DNA from: an uncultured Clostridia bacterium
Lineage (GTDB): Bacteria > Bacillota > Clostridia > Oscillospirales > Acutalibacteraceae
Direction: 5' to 3'
DNA: 12,407 bases
NCBI GenBank assembly: GCA_937888485.1
Contig: CALAQQ010000022.1
Span: forward strand, 1-12,407
Of the stretch, positions 1 through 5,759 are shown one piece after another. The position numbers were made by a program, and so were the translations under genes. The notes under the pieces are model-generated. The model made no database searches. It saw only the letters and a list, made by a program, of their open reading frames with translations, and was not told the origin of the DNA. Every line of letters starts with the position of its first letter. Within the stretch, counting starts at the first letter, position 1.

Positions 1-744
1 GATGCTATCGGCAAGGCTGATAAAAAAACATACACATCCCTCGGCATAACCGTAAAAAACGGCTTTATATATGCCTTGATATTCTCGCTGACCGCTTCGG
101 CAGTTCTGTACGTCAGCGCACCTAATATCGGGGCAAAAATACTGGGAGATAGGCGTACTGTGGCATCCCTTAAGCTTCTTTCCGTCACTCTTACTCCCAT
201 TGCAATAACAAGCGCTATTAACGGATACTTCAACGGAGTCAGACGGGTTTACAAAAGCGTTACCGTCCAAATCTGCGAGCAGCTTGTAAAAATGGGACTG
301 TGCGCCGTTTTTCTTGCTTTAATATTACCGAAAAGCGTTGAATCCGCCTGTTACATAATTATTCTGTCAGGAGCGTTAAGTGAGCTGTTAAGCCTGATCC
401 TGTCCGTCGTTTTATACCTTACGGACAGACAAAATCACATAAAAAAAGAGGATACGTCATTAAAAATCCGTGACATATACGATTCGGATAAAAAGAAGGA
501 TGGCTTTTCAACCGTCTTTTCTCTCGCATTCCCCGTAGCCGTAAGCGCATACGTAAGAGCTGCGCTTTCGACCGTTGAGCATATCGCAATTCCGTGGGGA
601 CTTCGAAAAAGCGGAATAGGAGCAAGCTCTTCCCTTGCATCCTACGGCATACTGCACGGTATGGTTTTTCCTCTTCTGTTCTTTCCGTCTGCGGTTTTAA
701 GCTCCTTTTCCTCCTCTGAAGGAATTGAAGTGATTGAGCGGTAG
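1..744 (+). pseudogene. spoVB: SpoVB/MurJ-like (MOP-superfamily polysaccharide-biosynthesis) flippase, internal fragment; the N-terminus is off-window and the C-terminus is missing
   Basis: The frame is open from nt 1 (DAIGKADKKTY...), upstream of the tracked ORF at 76. It encodes multiple hydrophobic helices and the motif SYGILHGMVFPLLFFPSAVLSSFS, typical of SpoVB-type flippases. After ~nt 711 the translation (SSEGIEVIER*) is the antisense of the capsid gene and stops at 742-744. Family call is by recall, not by search. Confidence 0.55.
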
Positions 745-1064
745 TCAAGACCGTCGATTGAAGTTGTTGTTGCAACAATACCGGGAAGGATATCGCTCTG
801 CTCAAGGCCCTGCTTTACGGCTCTTGAAACATATTCGGGGAAAAGCACTGCGCTGTCTGAGTTCTTGAAAAACTTTTCAACAACATCGCTGCCGCTTCCG
901 CTGACCTTGATGCCGAAACGTTTGAGCTGACGCTGATATGCATCAAGACCCTCGAGAGCAGTTCCCTTATAGTTTTCGCTGGGGTCAATGCTTTCAAGCG
1001 ATTTTGTGAAATTACCGTTTGAATAAAGACCCTTTTCAAGCTTTATGTTATCATAATTTGACAT
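715..1064 (-). pseudogene. Phage major capsid protein, N-terminal ~115 aa only (3' two-thirds missing)
   Basis: AAAGGAG lies 9 nt upstream of the ATG at 1064. MSNYDNIKLEKGLYS...DAYQRQLKRFGIKV...LFPEYVSRAVKQG...IVATTTSIDGLDYRSITS resembles capsid N-termini of Firmicute siphophages and occupies the expected position after protease and decoration genes. Beyond ~nt 715 the ORF tail (IPSEEEKELKTADGK...) is antisense spoVB. The exact breakpoint is uncertain within ~705-735. Confidence 0.6.
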
Positions 1065-1081
1065 AGTGATTTTCTCCTTTC

Positions 1082-1423
1082 TTACATCAGGAATGTTACG
1101 GTTTTTGCGGTTTCATCAACGGATACAACAAGAAATTCGCTGCCGTTTGTGGAAACCTTAACACCGCCGTTGCTGTTTGCACCGAGCTTATTCAAGCCTG
1201 CTGTGGGTGCTGTACCCGTATAAGGCACTGTTACGATGCCCTTTAACTGCACGGAAACATACTTATCATCACCCTCAACGGCAAAGCCGTGGAAAACATC
1301 ACCGTCCGCACAAGGCACAACGCTGTCTGACTTATTAATCTTGACAGCCATTCCTTTGTTGATTTTTGACGAACAGTGAAAAGTAAGTGCATTCATATTA
1401 AATCCTTCATATGATACTGACAT
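1082..1423 (-). CDS. Small phage head protein (DUF2190/decoration-like), 113 aa
   Basis: AAGGAGG lies 7 nt upstream of the ATG at 1423. It sits between the protease/scaffold and capsid genes. The Gly/Val-rich beta-type sequence (GMAVKI...GDVFHGFAVEG...VQLKGIVTVPYTG) resembles DUF2190 head proteins. Function is inferred from position and weak recall. Confidence 0.6.
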   Translation of the reverse strand: MSVSYEGFNMNALTFHCSSKINKGMAVKINKSDSVVPCADGDVFHGFAVEGDDKYVSVQLKGIVTVPYTGTAPTAGLNKLGANSNGGVKVSTNGSEFLVVSVDETAKTVTFLM

Positions 1424-1435
1424 ATCAGGTCCTCC

Positions 1436-2296
1436 TTAAATTTTATATTCGGAATTTGATAATTCATCATCTGCCTGAGTGCATTCAAGCTGTCTGACAA
1501 CAGGCAGATTTTTCTTTGCGTTCTCACGGAAAGCATCGCGCATTTCACGAAGAGCCTTGACCGAAAGAGAATCGCAGATTTCTTCAATAGATGAGCTTTT
1601 CATTTCGGGGATAACAGTTGCCGCTGTGCATACAACATCCGCCTTAAGCTCATCTCTGTATTCGTTTGCCCACTGTGCGAGTTTTTCGGTTTCGCTTACA
1701 GGGATAAACGATTTGATAACACCTGCATTCTTCTGTGCAGGTACGGCAACAAAAGACCACTCATATGCATCCGTAGGCTCAGAAAGATGATAACAGCAGA
1801 GTTTTCCGCCGTAAACCTTTCCCTTCTGATGCTCACAGCCATGAGTCTTGATATTCATGCCGCAGATTGAACAGCTTATGTTACTTACACAGCAACCGAC
1901 ACTGGTTTCCTTCTTGATACCTGCATCAATCTCGGCAATAAGGTCTTTGTTCTTTTCCGTTCTGACCATATAAGCCTTAGCCTTTATATAGGTATAGATT
2001 TCGCCGTCGGAGGTTTTTCGGGTTGAATCCGTCACAACCTCGGCAGTATAAATTCTTGCAGTCTGGTCCTTGCTTTTCATATTGTGGTCAAAAATTCCCG
2101 TTTTGCCAACAAAAAGCTCTGCAAGCTTATGAAGTGCGGAAACCGTAAATTTTTCGTTGTCCCTGTCAATTTCATTGTCACAGAGAACAAGCGAAAAAGT
2201 ATAGATTTCCTCGCTTTTGAGTTTTTTTCTTGCGAACTGTCCGATAAGCTCAAGCTCGTTTTCGGACAGAACATTGGTGTTTTCCTTATCCGTAAT
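1436..2296 (-). CDS. Prohead protease/scaffold-like protein (S78-like N-domain, Cys/His cluster, C-terminal helical scaffold-like tail); the start is non-canonical or lost
   Basis: The tracked ORF starts at ATG 2080, but the same frame stays open upstream to a TGA at 2300-2302. That stretch encodes ITDKENTNVLSENELELIGQFARKKLKSEEIYTFSLVLCDNEIDRDNEKFTVSALHKLAELFVGKTGIFDHN, which has a DH motif where S78 proteases carry the catalytic His. Downstream are ETSVGC, CSICG...CEH and EWSFVAVPAQ. There is no ATG/GTG/TTG in the 73-codon extension. ATA (2299-2297) and ATT (2296-2294) follow GAGAGGTG. Confidence 0.6.
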   Translation of the reverse strand: MTDKENTNVLSENELELIGQFARKKLKSEEIYTFSLVLCDNEIDRDNEKFTVSALHKLAELFVGKTGIFDHNMKSKDQTARIYTAEVVTDSTRKTSDGEIYTYIKAKAYMVRTEKNKDLIAEIDAGIKKETSVGCCVSNISCSICGMNIKTHGCEHQKGKVYGGKLCCYHLSEPTDAYEWSFVAVPAQKNAGVIKSFIPVSETEKLAQWANEYRDELKADVVCTAATVIPEMKSSSIEEICDSLSVKALREMRDAFRENAKKNLPVVRQLECTQADDELSNSEYKI

Positions 2297-3429
2297 TATT
2301 CACCTCTCAGGATTTTTTCTGCCTGTGCTCTGTAGAGCATGGCTCTGCTCTGTTCAACCTCATCCTGAAGCATGATGTCGCTCCATACAATATCAAAATC
2401 GCATGAAAAACCTCTGCTTCTGAGAAAAACATTACAGATTTTTTCGATTACAGGACTGAGAATGTGTCTGTAAGCCTCCAGCTCGCTTGTAAGGGCATCG
2501 GACTGTTGCTGTGACATTCTTTCCGTACTCGACCACGAAAGCCCCAGCATAAACGGAGGAATGCCTGTTTTTGCAACAATCTGCTCAAGCATCTGTCTTA
2601 CCGGCACCTCGCTGTCAAGAATCTGATTATCAGCACCGATAACCTTAATCTGAACATCACCGACGGCAACAAAGTCGCGAACCTCCGAACCGCTCTGCAT
2701 TGCTTCTCCCCATTCCTTCGCAACCTGCATTGCTCTGTCCTTGGCATAAGCTCTGTCAACGGCATCGTTTTTTGGATTATAGGTAACTGCAAAACGAAGA
2801 TTGCCAACCCTCTCCCAATTAGAACCGATGCTTTCAAATATTTTGAGAAGCACAGAACTTACAAACGGCATTCCTTTGAGAATTGAATTTCCCGTAAGAG
2901 CTCCGGGTTCGGGATTCAGAACGCTCAGAAGGCACATTTCGGGCGCCGTAACCCTGCGAAGCTCCGCGCAGTCTCTCACAAAAATATCAATATCAAAGCC
3001 GTTGCCGTTACGCTTTAGTTCAATGTTTTTAAGCGGTGCATTGAAAAGCGCTTTCGGATTACCCTCGGAATCGGCAACAATTTCACCGATTGCCGTACCG
3101 CATGTCAGAAGCTGTTCAAGATAAGAATCGATAAATGCCGCAAGACCCTGCCTGTTCCCCCCAACGGGAACAGACCTTATAAATTCATCAACCGCTCTCT
3201 GTGCCGCTTTGTCGGAGCATTCAACACTAAAGCCTCCTGAAAGACGTACTATTTTCAGAATCGCCGCATCAATAACGGGTATTGCTTCACGCAAGGTGTA
3301 ATAGAGTCTCATCTGAGGCGCACCGAGCGGTACATAGCCGTCAAGAATTCCGAAGGGATGACCGTTTCTGGTTTGTGTCACGGGTGCCGAAACCCTTGAA
3401 GTGTTTCTTTTTTTGAATATTCCCATCAT
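2296..3429 (-). CDS. Phage portal protein, 377 aa
   Basis: The ATGA start/stop overlaps the terminase gene (3426-3429), and GAAGGAG lies upstream. Size, position after terL and the sequence character are typical of HK97-type portals. Confidence 0.8.
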   Translation of the reverse strand: MMGIFKKRNTSRVSAPVTQTRNGHPFGILDGYVPLGAPQMRLYYTLREAIPVIDAAILKIVRLSGGFSVECSDKAAQRAVDEFIRSVPVGGNRQGLAAFIDSYLEQLLTCGTAIGEIVADSEGNPKALFNAPLKNIELKRNGNGFDIDIFVRDCAELRRVTAPEMCLLSVLNPEPGALTGNSILKGMPFVSSVLLKIFESIGSNWERVGNLRFAVTYNPKNDAVDRAYAKDRAMQVAKEWGEAMQSGSEVRDFVAVGDVQIKVIGADNQILDSEVPVRQMLEQIVAKTGIPPFMLGLSWSSTERMSQQQSDALTSELEAYRHILSPVIEKICNVFLRSRGFSCDFDIVWSDIMLQDEVEQSRAMLYRAQAEKILRGE

Positions 3430-4694
3430 CTACTCCTTCTTGCCGCAACAGCGAAAAATCCGCCGTCATCCTCTTTGTCAACAACTGTTGAAACAAAATA
3501 GCGGATATCGTCCATTGCATGGTCATTTTCTTTTCGGACGGCATCCTTTACCGCATTTTCTTCCCATCTGTAAAGACCGAATTCCTTTATCGTATCCTTG
3601 CATTCGGGCGAAAACATGATTTTCTGCTCCTTAAGACAATCCGAAACACGCCTTATTCCGTCGATAACGTCATTTTTTGCCGGAATAACCCTGAACCTGC
3701 CGTCACGCCTTATACATTCAATGAAGCTTGCCGCAGAGGGGTCAACTATAACCGCTTCAATCGGCAGAGTTCCCGCAAGATCACAGAGCGCACGGTAATG
3801 CTCGCTGTCCGTTCTCTGACTGCCCTCAACCCTTGAATTAAAATAGTATTCCTTTATTCTGTACCACTTTTCCCCGTTTTCAGCCCATAAACCGAATGAC
3901 GAAGGGTTGACTGTACCGTAGTCGCAGGAAATGTAGTATTGCGAAAGGAAATCGGGTGGTGGGACAACATGCTTTTCCTGCGAAAACATCGGGTATACGC
4001 ACCCTTGCGCCGCAACCCATCTGCCGAGAACGAAACGCTCATAGAACGCTCCCGAATAAAGCTTCTCATAGCGGTGAATTATAGACGGTGTAAGGGAAGG
4101 GTTATCCTTCATTGTGAAATGAAGATAGAGGCAGTTCTTTTCACGGTGCTTTTTGACCCATTCCTCATGGAACCAATGCATCGGATGCTCGGGGTTACAG
4201 TTGAACCAGAGCTTTGAGCCGTCAACGGAGCATCTTGCCAATGCCTGCTCCACAAATGAACGCGGCATCAGCGTTACCTCATCGAGCAAAACTCCCGCAA
4301 GAGTCATGCCCTGAATAAGTGCGGCGGAGCTTTCATCCTTGCCGCCGAAAAGCCAGAAGCGATTTGTTGACCCGCCGTAGGTAATCTCGATAAGATTCTG
4401 CGAAAGTTTTTCGTTGCATTCAAAACCGAGTTCACGCAATACGGGAAGGATAACCGTAACAACATTGCGGCGAAGAGAGGCTATTGTTTTTCCGCAAAGA
4501 GCGAAAGAACGGTCGGAAAAAGCAGAAAAGGCCCATGCGATGAATGAAACAGACATGCAAAGTGTTTTTCCCGAACGCACCGCGCCGTCACATATGACTG
4601 CATCATAATTCCTGAGCGGACTTTCGGGCATCCACCAGCACAGCACTTTCATCTGTTTTCCGGAAAAGGCTGTAAAGTCCTGCTTTTTGCTCAA
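3426..4694 (-). CDS. terL: Phage terminase large subunit, 422 aa
   Basis: Walker A-like DGAVRSGKT and Walker B-like AGVLLDEVT are present. The C-terminal nuclease-type acidic motifs are ISCDYG, VIVDPSAASF and HAMDDIRY. The start overlaps the terS stop as ATGA (4691-4694). Confidence 0.88.
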   Translation of the reverse strand: MSKKQDFTAFSGKQMKVLCWWMPESPLRNYDAVICDGAVRSGKTLCMSVSFIAWAFSAFSDRSFALCGKTIASLRRNVVTVILPVLRELGFECNEKLSQNLIEITYGGSTNRFWLFGGKDESSAALIQGMTLAGVLLDEVTLMPRSFVEQALARCSVDGSKLWFNCNPEHPMHWFHEEWVKKHREKNCLYLHFTMKDNPSLTPSIIHRYEKLYSGAFYERFVLGRWVAAQGCVYPMFSQEKHVVPPPDFLSQYYISCDYGTVNPSSFGLWAENGEKWYRIKEYYFNSRVEGSQRTDSEHYRALCDLAGTLPIEAVIVDPSAASFIECIRRDGRFRVIPAKNDVIDGIRRVSDCLKEQKIMFSPECKDTIKEFGLYRWEENAVKDAVRKENDHAMDDIRYFVSTVVDKEDDGGFFAVAARRSR

Positions 4695-5221
4695 GACTCA
4701 TCCTCCCCGGAAAGCAGCTTTGCGCCGTCGGAAAGAGCTTTTATAAAACTGCTTTGTGTACCTTCTTCATAAGTTTCGATTTTTTCAAGACGTTCCAGAG
4801 CCTTCAATCTGTCAAAAAACTTGATTTCCAGCCCTCCGCCCTTGGGACGTTTGATATCGGAAACATTGAAAAGGTCAAGCTTTTCAATTTCATCAGCGCT
4901 CATCGTTTCCTCGCAGAGCATCAGCTTCATCGCATCCGCAACCGAACCGAATGCAAGACGCATAAGCCCTCTTTCAACGGAACTTACCGTCTTTTTTTCC
5001 TTTTCAAGCCTTGATATCTCCGACCTGATATCTTCTCTTGCAAGAAGCTTTGCCGCATTTCTCTGCGGCATTACAGAAAATCCTGCTCTTGCCGCACAGC
5101 CTCTCGCATCACCGCCGTCTGCATAATAAGCGCAGAACAGCTTTTCTTTTTCGGTTAAACCTTTTTTCAAAAAATCTCTCCTTTCCGAAGAACTTATGTC
5201 CTTCACCCATAGTCGGAACAC
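4691..5221 (-). CDS. terS: Phage terminase small subunit (Terminase_2-like)
   Basis: LTEKEKLFCAYYADGGDARGCAARAGFS...AAKLLAREDIRSEI is the classic terS HTH region. The tracked start is GTG 5221. A better-supported start is TTG at 5170-5168, preceded by GAAAGGAGAG, giving MKKGLTEKEK... Confidence 0.8.
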   Translation of the reverse strand: MFRLWVKDISSSERRDFLKKGLTEKEKLFCAYYADGGDARGCAARAGFSVMPQRNAAKLLAREDIRSEISRLEKEKKTVSSVERGLMRLAFGSVADAMKLMLCEETMSADEIEKLDLFNVSDIKRPKGGGLEIKFFDRLKALERLEKIETYEEGTQSSFIKALSDGAKLLSGEDES

Positions 5222-5312
5222 CGTGTTTTTTTAACCTGAAAAGGTCAACTCGTTTTTGTCTGTTTTTCAGATTATCAATCAATTTCTTCCGTTTTTGCTC
5301 ATTTTGACCCAT
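5109..5312 (-). CDS. Hypothetical very basic 67-aa ORF upstream of and overlapping terS
   Basis: GGAGA lies shortly upstream of the ATG at 5312. The ORF is Lys/Arg-rich with no recognisable domain. Its 3' part overlaps terS in another frame and may be spurious. Confidence 0.2.
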   Translation of the reverse strand: MGQNEQKRKKLIDNLKNRQKRVDLFRLKKHGVPTMGEGHKFFGKERFFEKRFNRKRKAVLRLLCRRR

Positions 5313-5376
5313 GTATCTCCGTTTTTCTCCGGTTTTTTCAAATATATGTTTTAATTGAATTTTTTCTTGTTTTTGC

Positions 5377-5405
5377 TTGACTTTGTCAATTTTTAGGTGT
5401 AGGAT
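5377..5405 (+). promoter_or_regulatory. Candidate sigma-A-type promoter facing mgtE; the -35 lies within the palindrome TTGAC-TTT-GTCAA
   Basis: TTGACT at 5377-5382, a 17-nt spacer, then TAGGAT at 5400-5405 (a weak -10). The palindrome at 5377-5389 also reads TTGACA on the minus strand. Confidence 0.3.
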
Positions 5406-5493
5406 AAATATGTGAAAATTTTTTTGAATGTGTGGTGAAAATTTTGGGCAGTTCCGATATTCCCAACCCCCGAAGTAGATACGAAACTACATA

Positions 5494-5654
5494 TAGAGTG
5501 AAAAGACTCGAACTGAATACGCCGCAAAGGTCGGATTTCCGACCCTTCGAAGCGTTTTTTTCTTTGCCATACGGGATATTTCAAGAAATTTTAACGAAGC
5601 TGTGGCGGAAATATGCCTTTCAAAACCGTATTGAGTCCGAGTCTTTTCACTCTA
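5494..5654. repeat. Imperfect inverted repeat: 28-nt arms, 26/28 complementary, 105-nt spacer
   Basis: The left arm 5494-5521 (tagagtgaaaagactcgaactgaatacg) is complementary to the right arm 5627-5654 (cgtattgagtccgagtcttttcactcta). Paired by hand, the only mismatches are 5511/5637 and 5515/5633. Confidence 0.85.
5523..5565 (+). terminator. Intrinsic-terminator-like hairpin plus U-run just inside the left arm of the inverted repeat
   Basis: The core stem is GGUCGG(AUUU)CCGACC (5529-5544). It is extended by AA/UU and CGC/GCG pairs out to 5523/5554 and followed directly by T7 (5555-5561), C, TTT. The reverse complement has no T-run, so it works on the + strand only. Confidence 0.4.
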
Positions 5655-5720
5655 CCCGCATGACGGAGCTGTCAACGGAGTTTTCAGAGTGATTTATTAT
5701 TAAATCGCTTCCCTTGGTTT

Positions 5721-5759
5721 GTGCTGTCTTTGCGGTATGCGAAAGGCGGCGTTTTTTTT
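5721..5759 (+). terminator. Terminator/RBS-sequestering hairpin immediately upstream of the mgtE start
   Basis: The stem 5723-5733 / 5739-5750 (GCUGUCUUUGC / GCGAAAGGCGGC) has two G-U pairs, one bulge and loop GGUAU. It is followed by G and T8 (5752-5759), then ATG at 5760. The only Shine-Dalgarno-like element (GAAAGG, 5741-5746) lies in the 3' arm. Confidence 0.55.

Noticed and set aside
419-805. 128-aa minus-strand ORF crossing the spoVB/capsid junction
   Set aside because: It is antisense to the flippase fragment and out of frame with the capsid fragment, and its Arg/Leu-rich composition looks like junk.
2077-2335. Tracked ORFs 2077-2274 (-) and 2084-2335 (+) between the portal and protease genes
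   Set aside because: Both are low-complexity and lack RBSs. The third minus-strand frame is contiguous with the protease ORF and encodes protein-like sequence, so these are shadow ORFs.
5506-5513. tRNA T-arm-like string (gactcgaac, the reverse complement of GTTCGAGTC), suggesting a tRNA or att-site remnant
   Set aside because: The flanking bases do not form a T-stem, acceptor stem or anticodon arm on either strand. The string is simply part of the 28-nt inverted repeat.
5663-5680. Direct repeat ACGGAG...ACGGAG with CUGUCAACGG, reminiscent of ykkC or M-box fragments
   Set aside because: It is too short, the spacing and order do not fit either motif, and it is likely coincidental.
5432-5692. 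86-aa + strand ORF inside the mgtE leader
   Set aside because: It has a GTG start with no RBS. Its sequence is dictated by the inverted repeat (RVKRLE.../...ESESFHST mirror the two arms) and it spans a terminator-like hairpin. It is almost certainly non-coding.
5390-5700. Canonical M-box (ykoK) riboswitch upstream of mgtE
   Set aside because: It is expected from gene context, but the hallmark conserved blocks are not present in the right order or spacing. Only short partial resemblances exist. I did not annotate it as an M-box and flagged it for cmsearch instead.
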